A stretch of 64,000 nt of DNA from Paraphysomonas bandaiensis (GCA_965644295.1 CBFFRP010000297.1:310001-374000); one strand, 5' to 3'. Shown: positions 39,261 to 52,103, counted from the first letter of the stretch. Notes: generated from the letters alone by a model not told the origin. Numbers and translations: made by a program.

Positions 39261-41173
39261 TGTCTTGCTACAGCAATATAATAATTGATAAAACTACGAT
39301 TGTTTCAATCTGCAGATTTCTTGTTGCTGGCTTTTTGAGGAAGTAAATTTACTTTAGTCTAACCCGGGGTGTTGCACCGGGTGCAGCTACAATATACACC
39401 ATCTAAGTATTAAATGACTGTATGTTTTGTAAATGTGAAAAGCAGTCTTGTTATTTAGCTCATCAATCAGTCCAGGCACCCCCGAACTCTAATCTAAGGA
39501 CTCCTTCTTAAACGTGTTACAAGCTAAGCTCTGTAACATAATTAATGACAGCTCATAGAACACAAACAACTCATACAGAACCATTTACATTCTATGAACT
39601 ATCTAGAAACACAGCAGAAAACACAGAACAATATTCTGCAGAAAATTCAGCAACATTTCGCTAATTTTGTGGACATATCCATCTTCTGAAAGATTCACGT
39701 AGAAGCCTGTAAGAAGAGCCTTAAAACAACAGTCCAAAAATGCAGTGACTAGCCAATCAGCATTCAGCAGTAATACATAATACAGCAGCTGCTGTTTACG
39801 AAGTAATTGGTATACACGTATACACACATAATTCCTACTGATATCACTGCACATTGCATTCACACACCGTATTCCAGCACCATTATACAGCATTATACAC
39901 AGACAACACATCCTGTATTCCATTCTCAGCAGAAAACGAAGAAGTAGAGATCTCTCCATTGCTGTCACAGCAAATAATACAGCAGTATACCTGGTATACC
40001 TATACCTATATATACAGTATATCTATAATCAGGGAGCCGGAGGAGAGAAGTGTCTTCATTCGAAGATAAGATGCTGGCTGTACCAGTGTACACACTAACA
40101 CACACAGTCTTCTAGAGTCCCTGTAGCTATTGACTCTTTTGTGGTGTATGATAAATTTAACGCCTCGGCGTTACAGTGCTTGTGTGGTATACACTGTTTG
40201 CGAGCCGTCACTGTAGCGTTGTGGCGTTAAGCTATTAAGATCTGGCTATCCACTATGGGGATTATTGTGTAATTGCTGGTTATGGTTAGTCACTTATATG
40301 GGCTACATCATGAAGAGTGAGACCTTACTAGTGAAGAGTGAGATCCTTACTAGTGATATGCTATGTGTGTATATCATATTTACTTACATGCTTGTACATG
40401 TATTTTACACATCATTACTGTGTATTCATTATGTCACACAATGATCACACTATTATCACTTCACATCCATTATATTACACTATTATTGTGCTTAGCACAT
40501 CACTCACATTACATTACTGCTATACGTATGTAACATTTACATTGTATGCACTTACACTCATCGTTGTAGCACACACACCACACACTGTACACATATATAA
40601 CACCACACACGCGGCGTTGGTACTGATTCTTCTAGCAGTGCATGGCGGAGTCGGTAGTTTTCCCCCAGTTTGCGCCCAAAATGCAGCACTACACGATTAA
40701 AATCGATCAACACTCAGCGGATGCCACGGATTCTACGCTTACTACGTGCAGAGCGGAGACCTAAAGCGCCCCTCCGGTCGTCTTCCTCTTCCATTACCCC
40801 CACCTCAGAAGAGACGCCACGATGCCGACTCCGTCAGCTACTCCTCTGCCTCAGGCCCAACTTGCAGCAGCTTCTGTAGTGTTAATAAATAGTAGGATAT
40901 GAGAATTTTTGCTAGTTAGTAGTAGTTAGTTACCATTCGACGTCGATCTAGCTTGACTAGTCTTCAATCTTCATCTAACTACACATCTGGCGTCGGTTCT
41001 TAACGCCTACTGCTAATAATAAGACTTCCACACAACGAATGATAATTAATGATAAGTGATATTGATTAATAGTTGTACTAATTGATTATTGAGTGAGTTC
41101 AACGTTCAGTTATTTAAGTTTTAATCATCCCAATGTGGACGAATACCGAATACCGATAGATATAACAATACAG

Positions 41174-42158
41174 CAGGGATAGGGAACAATATAGTATGGT
41201 ATTGCAATACATTGTACAATATATTGATTGGTGGACAGGCCAAAACTTCCATCAATATTGCTTGTTTCTGTTAAGGTAGCTCACAATATATTGCAATCAA
41301 TATTATGATAGTCATATACAGAAAGATTCTTAACTGTATGTTCCAAAATATACGCCATGTACATAAATATCCGGAAAATATGAAAAAAACCTATTTTCGA
41401 TGTTATTTTCTGTTTTATATTTATCGCTAGCTCAAACATTGCTCTACACCTCTACACTATATAGTGATAGTATGTACAGTAATTCTCTTAATATAATATA
41501 TATATCATATAGTGATAAGGAGAGACATCTGAACTCTGAACGATGAATTCATATAAAAGTAGGGACATTTACCGCTGTTTTTGGAGTCCGGTTGGCAAAC
41601 AGGAGGATCAAGTCAAGTGAATCTTATGAATGCCCCGACATGTGTGGTGGCTTAGTATCCATTATAGGCTTTAAAGAAAAACAGTTTCATTGTAAATGAT
41701 CCGAATTTTGAGAATGGAATTGCAAAACTCCAAGCAGGCGAAGAATTTGAATTGACAAGATCTGAGAAAGATGCTGTTAGAATATTTGAATATATCTCCA
41801 TTCAGACAGTGATTACTGCAACAACACAGAGGATGATGAAGCTGAAGTTAACTATGCAAAAAATTCTTCAATCAGCTTAAAAACTTAAGAAACGGAAAGT
41901 TGAAATATCTAAGTACAGGTGCAGAGGATGAGTATGAGGAAACTTTTAAGTAGTTACGAGTAGTGGGTTTGATTATCAAGTGACTTTAGACCTTGTAATG
42001 ACAAGTACTAAAAATGGAAACTACGGATGTGTTTACTTACTGATTAGTTATACTAATATATTGCAATAGTATTGTAGGGCCGGTTTAAAAACTCCATCAA
42101 TGCTACTGATGGAACGCTATCTAACAATAGTATTGCAATATATTTTTCCCTATCCCTG
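41174..42158 (+). mobile_element. Non-autonomous hAT element (family B) with 8-bp TSD
   Basis: TIRs CAGGGATAGGGAA and TTCCCTATCCCTG; TSD CAATACAG on both sides; internal remnant PNFENGIAKLQAGEEFELTRSEKDAVRIFE. Confidence 0.92.
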
Positions 42159-42374
42159 CAATACAGGATCATGTGTCAGCAATAACAACGATGCAGACTA
42201 CACAGAATTGATTTTTTAAGTCGTTTGTTATTAGTAAAGTGCGTTTTGCGATGCACAGTACTTTGCGCACATTTCAAACAATGCTTGTATCGAGTGCAGA
42301 AAAGAGAATGTGCAAACTACATGGTCAGTGCTACATTTTGTGGCATTTTCACACTGAAACTGAAATTAGCGAAC

Positions 42375-42916
42375 TTAAAAGTGATCATCGTCGAACTCAT
42401 TATATTTGTATGCTTCGACAACATCAAGAGGAATGTCTCTCCAGGCGTTATTTTTATGCTCACCTCGTGGCAAAGTCAAGCCCAATTCAACCTTTTCCTT
42501 GAATATCTAAATTTGTGGTCACGGCATGCCGAGAATAAACACAAGGATATTTACCTCCTCCCATTCTTCCGGTGAAACATCAGTCGCATCTACTTCGTGA
42601 ATTGTATCATGACCTATGTCTTTTTATAAGAAAATCTGTATGACTTTGTGCAATGCATACCGTCGCCAAACACAAAGTGGATCTTTGCGCCTGTTTCAAA
42701 GTCGTCGTGAATGTCGGATATATGATAAAATGTATTCGGTGAGAGCATTCGCAATTCTGGAAGCTTTGTTTCTATGAATCGACTACCAACAGTATGACAA
42801 CAAAGAAACCTCAATATATTATATGATACTCACAAGAGCCCATGGAAATGAGGGGACGTAGGTTTATTAATTATTCGAACTTCGCGAATAGCCTTCTGCA
42901 GCTGTGCTTTCCACAT
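42375..42916 (-). CDS. Mitochondrial CI-B8 (NDUFA2)/mL43/mS25 thioredoxin-fold family protein, 4 exons (missed by ORF track)
   Basis: Manual splicing with three GT-AG introns gives MWKAQLQKAIREVRIINKPTSPHFHGLFRFIETKLPELRMLSPNTFYHISDIHDDFETGAKIHFVFGDGHDTIHEVDATDVSPEEWEEIFKEKVELGLTLPRGEHKNNAWRDIPLDVVEAYKYNEFDDDHF*, all phases compatible; an upstream exon is possible. Confidence 0.75.
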
Positions 42917-43224
42917 TTCCAATAATCTTACTCTAGTAGGTACTACAAATTATATTTATCCTTGACAAGCTTGTGTTCAGTCGGGCATGTCAAAAGCAGT
43001 CAACATGGACAATTAGTTACAGCTGTACTCTGCTCTGTATGCTTGCTTGTTGCATGTCTAGGATGTTTGCCCTTGATTTTTTCGGAGCAAAAATAAATCC
43101 CAAAAGCAAAAATACAAGGGTTTATCTTCCAAAACCAAAATAGAATCTGCCACATTTCGGGATTTTATTATAAACTTCACTCACACCTCTTATCATGTTA
43201 GTATACATAACCTCAAATAAGTCA

Positions 43225-43850
43225 ATGTGGTCATTGACCGTTTTCGCTGTGATGGGTGTTGTGATGGGCTCCGCACTCAGTGTCTCCTTTCACCAAAATA
43301 TTAATAAGTGGCTAATCGACGAACATGATGATGGAGTGCGTCGAAATTACGCCAACAGGAATCGTGAGCAGGCAGATGTACTGCACGATACTCATCATCC
43401 GGATGTTGATGTCTAACATGAAAATGGCGTCCTATCAATGATGACAATTTCGAAGGTAAATATACGTACAATATCTCATGTGTGGTGTTACGAAGCAATC
43501 CGCTGCTTCTTCGTTGTATTGTTGTTGATGACGATTTATGGCTAATTATTACGTAGAGTGGATCAAGGAACATTACTACAGTATTGTCGGCTAACTTCTA
43601 CGCACCGTGGTGCTTGTATGGTATATGTGTAGAAGCTGTTTGGGATGCTTTCGCTGAATATGTGGAAGCTAAGGAACTTCCTGTGAGATTGTGGAGGTAA
43701 ACTGTGTATAGAATCAAAACCATTGTGCAAGGAATTCGGTTCAGGCGCTCCTCATGTTAATACCATTGAAAGACGGGGTTGTGTAGCCCCCGGGCTATCT
43801 GTCTGACCATACCACAGAAAAAATTACCATGGACATCTATGTAGCTAGTT
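43225..43850 (+). pseudogene. Decayed partial duplicate of a PDI-C/ERGIC-thioredoxin gene
   Basis: NINKW..DGVRRNYANRNREQADVLHDTHHP..HENGV, then an intron, then FYAPWCLYG..VWDAFAE..VNCV..PPGYLSDHT; in-frame stops and frameshifts; CxxC lost. Confidence 0.65.
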
Positions 43851-44182
43851 TGGAACCTGTACAGTAGGAGTAGGAGACTCGTAAAAGGAATGAAGAAATG
43901 AGGCTTGATGACCGTCCGGGCTGTGTATTGTCTGGATTCCAACTTGTGAACTGGTGAGTGGAATTGCACAATGTATGGTGAATATTTATTGACGCATCGA
44001 AGTTAATTTTCCTGTCACTCTTCAGTATACTGCCAGTGTGTATAGCATATATACTTGCAATATATATGTACGTGAGAACTATTCCAGTAGATGAATATTT
44101 GGTTACTTTGTTTGGTCGATATCGTAAAAGTGCATTCTGATTCCTGTTTCACACAGTAATATTGAGTCTGTTACTGATGATT

Positions 44183-44248
44183 ACTTTCCCCCTTCATCCA
44201 CCAATGCAATTAATGACTTTCCCCCTTCATCCACCAATGCAATTAATG
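44183..44248. repeat. Perfect 33-bp tandem duplication
   Basis: ACTTTCCCCCTTCATCCACCAATGCAATTAATG x2. Confidence 0.9.
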
Positions 44249-45249
44249 ACTAAGCATTTATCGCCTACAACTTGCACCAGACGTTACATCATCATATACA
44301 TTAAGGTAGGGTGTTGTTTTCTCATCAACTATGAAACATTTCTGAGGTGTGGGAAGATATGATACAGCAGTAATCGTTATTGCAGGTGGTGCCTATATAA
44401 TGCTTGAATTCGGAGGCAAGCATTCGCGGAGAAATCCATCGAATATTCTTACTAACCACATGGTTCAGTTTTCTCGGTGTGTGTTCAGTAACATTTCTAT
44501 TCATGTTGACGTTAACTCCGGTACAGTCTCCCACCCAGTCGCATGACAATACATCATGGTTCCGATCGCATTGCCAGCGTTTCTTAGACAATCTTTGCTG
44601 GACAGATTGGTAGCGAGAACCAGGGCGTGGTGGCAAACTTTGTCATTTATATTGTATACAACACAGCTGTATAGTATATATTGTATATAATAGTATACTA
44701 TAATATTTTGTATATCTAAGCTCTAATCAATTTCATTATGGTCACTATGAACTGGAATGTTAGTTTTGCGAAGTTTAAACTTTTGAATAATATTATAACT
44801 AACGTATAGTATTCGCATAAAACAAATAAAACTTACGTATATATATATTATAATAATAAGTAATCGAGCTACCGTCATTCACGGCATTTTATATTTTTTT
44901 TACAAGTAAAATCCTTACATATCAAATCCAATAGGCTACAGACTAAGCATACATCAGACACAACACAACACTCAGTTCTTTGAAGGTGGGCAGTAATCCT
45001 TTACATACCTCACCACCTCTATATATGTGCTGTGCTGCCTGTCCACACGTCCACACTATACTGTATGTAAATCGTTGCCCCGGCACATTTCCTGCTTCAT
45101 ATTGCCGTATAGTACAGCGTGTGCATGTGCTGCTTCTGGTTCATACTTGTATAAGATGTATTTTTGCTTCACACGTCGGATGATACAAAACATTTCATAC
45201 ATAGCGAGATCATTGTTCATCAGCACAATATTATAACATAACTATTAAG

Positions 45250-45830
45250 TGACCTTCATCAAATTACTCGAATGTGAAGGTAAGTTGTGAGTAATGTGAG
45301 ATCAGCTTGTGTATGATGTGGTGATATAGCTCGTACTTTTATCTGTATTCTATACGAGACATGTTTTTCATGCCCCTGCACATTTTCTGCGCCATCAGAT
45401 GACCGGAGTGTCTCTATAGGCTATTGGATGTAGCTTGTGTACCGTGATTGCTGAAACTGTTTCGTACGTATCAGTGATGGCCATTAATGTATCCCTGTAC
45501 ATTAACTTCCTAGCAGTGGTTGGCCGATCACTGTTAGGCAGACTTGTACTTGAGATGATGCTTAATTGGCTAGTATATGTATGACTGTGTGGTATATATA
45601 GATCAGCAGCAAAACTTCATCATCCAAGTTGAAGTCGGCCAGCTTTTCTTCAATCTCCACGTAGCGATTTGACCACATATAGCAAATACAGAACCCCATT
45701 TTATGCTGCTGAGAAGAGCCCACTTGTAGTCCCTCTTTTCCTCAGTTTACTGCTGTTCTTGAGTGTTCTCAAGTTGATATTTTATTCACGCGTTAAGAGG
45801 TTTATACGTGAATCAATGAATCTTAACACA
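45250..45830 (-). mobile_element. hAT transposase remnant
   Basis: Minus strand gives frameshifted WGSVFA..RYVEIEEKLADFNLDDEVLLL; 45785-45830 is repeated inverted at 62773-62820. Confidence 0.5.
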
Positions 45831-46223
45831 CACCAAATCGGAGTCTCATCACTGTAAATGCATTTCGTTATGCAGTGTACTCTCATCCTCTCACACGAGT
45901 ATTCGGACAGATGATAGAAAATATTTTATGTTTCGTACTTTAATTATCCATTCTGACGAAGTATTAGCTAGCGACACAGTAGTACCACTACAAGTTCACT
46001 TGTAGACTTAGCAACAAACCTTATAACAGAATTGAAAACTGAAAGAAGAAATCGACATTACTAATAATCTCACATTTTATATTGCTACACCTTCAAACAG
46101 AAATCTACATGCCCGAATATATAGATATATAAGTTTCCATGCTAAAGGAACCGGAGGTGATTATTCACATACTCTGCTTCGAATCTGGCTCCAGTGATAC
46201 TTTCATGTGCATGAAACTTTCCG

Positions 46224-46688
46224 CTATTCTTCAATACACGACACCAACATGTCACGTATGCCATCAACAAGCCCACTCTTGTCTTCAGTTGACTCTGGAG
46301 TGTCGTCCTCCTGCCTCCGTGGTACTGCAAAGCAGGTAGCGCGCTTCACAGAGAATGCACTTGCTAGCTCAGAAGTCGAAGCACCTGGTAAGCATACTAC
46401 ATTCAGTTTCTTTACTTGACACATTTCCACAATGCTATCGAACATATTTTTCGGGGTGTCTCGACACAGGCAAATAACACTGACAGAATTTCTATCAATA
46501 GCCTTCACAACACTATTCAATCCTAACGCTAACTTTTTTCTCGCGTTACTATTAGATAGCTGTCGTAACAGTGACAGCAACTTCTCTTTCTTGTGTGTGG
46601 ATGACGGCTTTAGCTGGCGATCCTTAAGACGCTGCCAGCTGGACTTACTAGTCAAGCTTTTTCGTGATGATTGGTGTCCTTTTGCCAT
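46224..46688 (-). CDS. L7Ae-family RNA-binding protein, RNase P/MRP Rpp38/Pop3-like
   Basis: LALGLNSVVKAIDRNSVSVICLCRD...VVCLPGASTSELASAFSVKRATCFAV L7Ae pattern. Confidence 0.7.
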   Translation of the reverse strand: MAKGHQSSRKSLTSKSSWQRLKDRQLKPSSTHKKEKLLSLLRQLSNSNARKKLALGLNSVVKAIDRNSVSVICLCRDTPKNMFDSIVEMCQVKKLNVVCLPGASTSELASAFSVKRATCFAVPRRQEDDTPESTEDKSGLVDGIRDMLVSCIEE

Positions 46689-47051
46689 ATAGTTAAATTC
46701 ACATAAACTCAACTTATCATGAAATGCGTCTTGATTGCTGCATTAATGGCAGTCAATATGGCATGAAGGCTGGGGGCAATAATTACATAATTGATGCAGT
46801 CATGAGCACTCAACACTCACTCGGTAGTCGTTGGTTCGGTATTCATTGTATTAAATGTGTGTTACGAGAATACGAGCAAGAAAATGAATAGTTTCTCTCT
46901 ATATATTGGACTTTTCGGAAAGTAATTTTCAAAAGCGCTGATATTTCGAGTTCGAGGGTGCTCAAATCCACGTCTCCATGAAAGGTCACTGCGGTGGAGA
47001 GCGGCAGAATTGATTGAAGTGAGATTATCTATTCTATTATCTTTGTGCAGA

Positions 47052-48014
47052 ATGAAACGAGGAGGTTTCACAGCGGAAGAACAGGAGAGGATTGCAAACA
47101 AGTTCCAAAGGATGTCTGACGTACGGACTAGTCGTTCGTCTGGACTAGGGTTTTCAAGTTTAGATAACAGTCATGATGACCCCTCTGTAAATACACAGTC
47201 TACTGAAGAAAAGGCTGCAGCATTAAAAAGAAATGTGAAGAAAATAATAGAGAAAAGTGAATCGAATCCGAGAGCAGTTGCAAATCAAAGCGGGGGAAGT
47301 GGTGAAACTGACCAATTTGCCCGACACAACATTATGGAAGCCATCAGTGACGAGTCTGTGAATTCACTGTTTGATGCGAAGGTTATAAGTGATAGCCCAC
47401 ATAATGATGCGATATTTTGTGCACCAAACCAAGCTACACATCAGAAAGATAGTTCAAAACTCCCGAAAGCTGCCGATGCTAGCTCGACAAGGAAACCCGA
47501 CAATGTAGTAGATAGTGCTAATATGCCACTGTACAAGACTCTTCGCGTTGGAGACAAAGTGCTCGCTGAATACTCTGATGGAATGTTGTACGACGCCGAG
47601 GTAGTTGCTGTGATTCACGGTGGATATCCGTCAGCAAAATATGACGTGAAATACAAAGGCTACTCTGAAATTTGCTGCCTTTCCTGGAAGAAACTACGAT
47701 CTGTTGCAAGCAATCAAATTCAGAGTAATGATAACATCAAAGATTCACGAGAAAATAGAAATATTGGTAGAGATGGTGTAGACGAGTTTGGTAGAGAAGT
47801 TAGACTTAATACGGTCCCTTCAGTACCTGCATGTACCCACCAAAGTGGTAAGATGAGTCAGAGCTATCCTGTAGCTACGATCGAGCCGAAAATATCGCTA
47901 GGATCGTACACACTTACTGAACCCATAAGTGACACAGCAGTTAAAAAAGATATTGGTATTTGCGATCCTGCTATTGTCGAAAGGAAGAAAGGGCTGTGGC
48001 GACATAGAAGCTAG
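47052..48014 (+). CDS. Tudor-domain (SMN/SPF30-type) protein
   Basis: LRVGDKVLAEYSDGMLYDAEVVAV..YDVKYKGYSEICCLSWKKL inside a disordered protein. Confidence 0.75.
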   Translation: MKRGGFTAEEQERIANKFQRMSDVRTSRSSGLGFSSLDNSHDDPSVNTQSTEEKAAALKRNVKKIIEKSESNPRAVANQSGGSGETDQFARHNIMEAISDESVNSLFDAKVISDSPHNDAIFCAPNQATHQKDSSKLPKAADASSTRKPDNVVDSANMPLYKTLRVGDKVLAEYSDGMLYDAEVVAVIHGGYPSAKYDVKYKGYSEICCLSWKKLRSVASNQIQSNDNIKDSRENRNIGRDGVDEFGREVRLNTVPSVPACTHQSGKMSQSYPVATIEPKISLGSYTLTEPISDTAVKKDIGICDPAIVERKKGLWRHRS

Positions 48015-48401
48015 CATGATACTCGATTCGCGTTTTATACTGACACACCATGTATTATCTTGCCTTCCCGGTTACATATCACAGCCGTTTTGATTACAAT
48101 ATTAATTTTGTCGTTTGCCTGTAGTATATAATTTAGAGCTTGTATCGTTTGAAGTTGATAAAAGCCTTCGTGATTGTAATAAGGTGTAACACATGTGGTT
48201 CTAAATTCGCAGTGCATACTTAAAGAATGGCTGGAAAGGAATGACTCTGTACCTGGGCTATTAAGTGAGTGGCTGGTAATAAAGATAAGTTAATGAAATA
48301 TACGTCATACATCGATCTTTACAGTGTTCGCAGTCTCGTAACTTGAGAGTAAATGGTCTCAATATAACAGCCATTTCTAGATTTCTCGTAAACATTCAGA
48401 C

Positions 48402-49720
48402 ACAGCGGGGATTGGGAACAATATATTGCATTGTAAGATAGAATTCCATCAATCATATTTGCAATACTTTTTACACCGGCCGAACAATACTATTATACGA
48501 TACTGTCAACCACTCCTGCGGTGTCATTTTTAAATCTACTAAATTTTCCATTTGTTCCTACTAAACTAAAGAGTGCCATTAGTTCCTACTAAATTTTGCA
48601 GATGTTCCCGCTAAACTAAAAATGGCAGTTGAGCCGTATTTAAGTTTAGTAGAATCGATAAATTTTTAACTCATTAGGAATGTCTGCGAAATTTAGTAGG
48701 CTCAACTGCCATTATTAGTTTCGTTGAAACATCTGCAAAATTTAGTAGAAACCAATATATTTCCGACCACTACTGTACTGTTTCATTAACGGTCATAATT
48801 CAATACCTTAGAAATACAGCTTTTAATTGCTCACAAACAGCATAAAGCAACAGTGCTTTGTCTCATCTATCAGCAGTTAAATACATGCGTATATTCCGTG
48901 TTAGTACTAGTCATTAATATCACGTGATAACCAAACCCACTACGCAGCCAAGCAAAGACTATGTATGTATTGCATAAGTCAATCACAAATTTCCTTATAC
49001 TCACCCTCTAAATCATCATCAGCGGCGTCGTCATCATTACTACATTCCTTCAAAGTTTATTAAAATACGAATGCACCCGGCCACAAGAGTCAATTACCTT
49101 TCACAAACGGCATCATAATAAGTGTAGCAGTTGTATGCTTGTGAGCAACACTGAAAAATAAGTTTAGCTGCGCACTGAACAGGCGTTCGCATGCATCGGA
49201 AGTACAAACTACACGACTCGTGCTCATGCACTTAGATATATCAACTTAAGTCCTGTGATATCGGAATTCTGCCGAGTAGTAGAAATTATATCAGTCACTG
49301 CATACAGTTGACCTTTGATTCTTGATACAGAATCCTTTATACGCAACCTTTTGAGTAGGACCTAAAAGAAAGAGAGTCATCATGTGACATTAATCAATTC
49401 TGGGAGCAGATTAATATTAACAGGTAGCAAGGAAACATTTTGTAGTCTGCTTTAACTTTCCCACGAGCAGGTCTACTTGTTGAATGATACTCTCTAGCCT
49501 TCATCGGAATTGTCACATGTTGTTGTTTATTTCTCTTTCTTTGCTACCGCGTTCCTTTGCGTTCACAAACTCGAACTAATGCTTGTTTGGTTCACCTTTA
49601 AAACGGACTATTAAAACAGCTGTAGATATCTCTAATTTAGTATGCATTCGTTGTTCAGGCGTCTCTTCTTCGTCAATACAAACGACTACATTTAGTTTCA
49701 ATACATGTTTCATTATAATT
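48402..49720 (-). mobile_element. hAT debris (family-B-like end plus transposase remnant) with a foldback insert at 48536-48748
   Basis: CAGCGGGGATTGGGAACAATATATTGCA end; minus-strand SDACERLFSA motif at ~49170-49200; direct and inverted ~50-bp units beginning CTACTAAATTTTGCAGATGTT. Confidence 0.6.
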
Positions 49721-50034
49721 AATATTATACAGTTCCCTGAGTTCTTCTTCTCTTAACCACGTCTAAATAAATCAGTTTCAACGTCGTGTAGGATTACAAC
49801 ATTACTAAAATGAGAAATCTATCCAATGCATATGCAATAGCTATCGTCTATCGATAGAATTGATTGGATGTCGCCAAGAGAAACTAAATTGATAAATGCC
49901 CATTTATAATTGATTAAATTTCTTCGGTGCAAACAAATTATAATATTACTGCATCATTGTAATATATACTGCGTTAATGAGACGGTTAATTTTGATACTA
50001 TGCTAATTCTTATTATCATAAGGTTGCACAATAC

Positions 50035-50470
50035 CTAACTTCCGTGTATAACAATCTGATAGTCGTGACATATGTCTTGATCAATAAAGAAGTCTCGAAC
50101 ATTTGTTCTTTGGTCTCCTGACAACTGAATAATTTCTCCAAGCTCCACGTCATTGCTTACCGTGCCATTACATTTGAAAGTCTTCTTTAGAACCCTTGTA
50201 ATTTTCTTCAGATCTAGATCATCTGGTAGACCTTGTATAGTAGTAATGTGCTTACGTCTGCAAATTGCTATTAATAATAGATACATCGATTGTTTCTAAA
50301 TTACACTTACCCACTACGTGGTTGTATTCGAATATGAACCATGCTAAACTTGTCATTTTCCTTCTCTGCAAAAGGATCTGTTGTATAATAATCAGGAATA
50401 ACTACCATCAAATGTAAAGGTCGTCATATTTACCTGAGATGTGCGAAAAGTTCTTAATATCCATAACCAT
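50035..50470 (-). CDS. SUI1: Translation initiation factor eIF1/SUI1 (divergent), 3 exons
   Basis: DPFAE..VHIRIQPRSGRKHITTIQGL..DLKKITRVLKKTFKCNGTV..IIQLSGDQR..IVIHG. Confidence 0.92.
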
Positions 50471-50743
50471 TCTATTCACTCAGTTTCATTGTCATCAATT
50501 ATGATAATATTGTTAAGTTTAACTGTCTGACCGGATAGTTCATGATTGATATAGAATTTTCCAAATTGTGTACACAGGATTTTCCAGAAAACAGTATCTT
50601 CAATCGTCATGCTTCAGTTTCAGTTTCATTTTGGAAACGAAGTTTGATCTTGACATAAATGTTCATCACACAATCTCACTGTTCAATGCCTTGTTAGTCA
50701 GGATAAAGAAACTGTATCATAATGACATGTTGAGCATAGTCGA

Positions 50744-52103
50744 ATGCTTCCTCCTATCAACCCTGCTAGCCTACGACCCCGCAGTGGTGTTGGCAGAGCT
50801 CGAGATGTAAAAGAAAATGATAAAACACCTAAATTACCCCATTATTCATCAGCCTATAGAGGTGTACCTCTAGCAGGAGGCGTACCTATTGATGAGGTCA
50901 TGAAAAAAATGGAAATTGAGAAATTAATGAGCCGAGAAGAGCGGATGACACTGAGTCTTATTTTAAAAAATTCGAAACTGAGAGATAAAGTTATTAACGA
51001 AATCCAGAAATTAGAAATTGGCTCTAAGAGGAAATCTACTCTGAAGCGGTTAAGAATGTTCATCAAGCGGTATAGCCAACGTGGAAGTAGAGATACCGAT
51101 AGCTTGGACGGCTCAGCTTCTCGAGATACGCTTTCTATGTCTTGCAGTGGGGCGGAAAATACAATTCCGGACACTAAGGCTGCAATCATACAGGTAGTAG
51201 GCAGAGCCCCGGTATACTCAGAATTTGCGAGTTCAGGTGTTTTGCTGAAGTGTCGGCAACGACTACAGGACTTTATATCACAGTATGGGCCGGAACGAGC
51301 ACAACGCACTCAATTTGCAATCATAGTTGGCAGTGGGTCTTGTAACCCTGTGACACGGATGCACATCCGTAAATTTTTTGTTGCAAAGCAGTGCATTGAG
51401 TCCTCTTCAGATATATTCGTGTTGGGATCTCTTCTCTCGCCAGCACACCCTCACCTTGTTAGACAGCGATTTCGCAGCTTTACTCACGAGATAATTCCTG
51501 CTCCCCATCGTCTCGTCATTGCGCAGTTGTCAGTAAAAGACAGTATATGGGTTAGTGTTGATCCTTGGGAGATAACGCGTCGGCGTGTTATGGATTATCT
51601 TTCGCTTCTAGAGCATGTCTCTTCCATGGTGCATAGCGAATTCCAGGGATTCAAAATAAAGACGCTCTATATGTTCAAAGCGAATATGTTGCCAAACCTG
51701 TCCCCAAAAGCATTACGTCAAGCCAACTGTGGAGCAGTATGTGTATGCCGGGCAGCGGAGTACGACCAGCTCCGGGCATCTATGCGTAGTGAATGGAAAG
51801 GTCTGCTGTGGGTGGCCGAAGATACCGCCATACTTGATGCTTCCATGGACACGGTTTCTTCTCGTAAAGTCCGGGCAGCTGTGAAGGCCAAGGAACCGCT
51901 GCGAAACCTGGTAGGTGGAGTTGTATCGGACTATTTCAGGGTTAATAGAATTGGACAAAAGGTAAAACGTAACTCGTGTTATTAGCTATTCTGTGGTGAT
52001 GGAATCTGTGGTTCAGATGAGAGGGGAGGAGAAATGGCCCGAGGACGAGAAACATCTTCCTAAGATTGTCAGCAGCTCAGCTGTACCCCCGCAGCATTCG
52101 TAG
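50744..52103 (+). CDS. NMN/NaMN adenylyltransferase (NMNAT)-like protein with N-terminal extension
   Basis: GSGSCNPVTRMH, LLSPAH, APHRLVIAQL, VSVDPWE and VSSRKVR motifs; intron 51962-52016. Confidence 0.75.

Noticed and set aside
39600-40900. Host genes in ORFs 39603-39968, 40338-40700 and 40670-40879
   Set aside because: Low-complexity CA/TA-rich sequence with no recognisable domain or consistent splice structure; likely LTR or TE debris.
44325-44636. Pogo/DDE_1 transposase remnant (LPPRPGSRYQ)
   Set aside because: One weak motif only; no TIRs or further catalytic residues.
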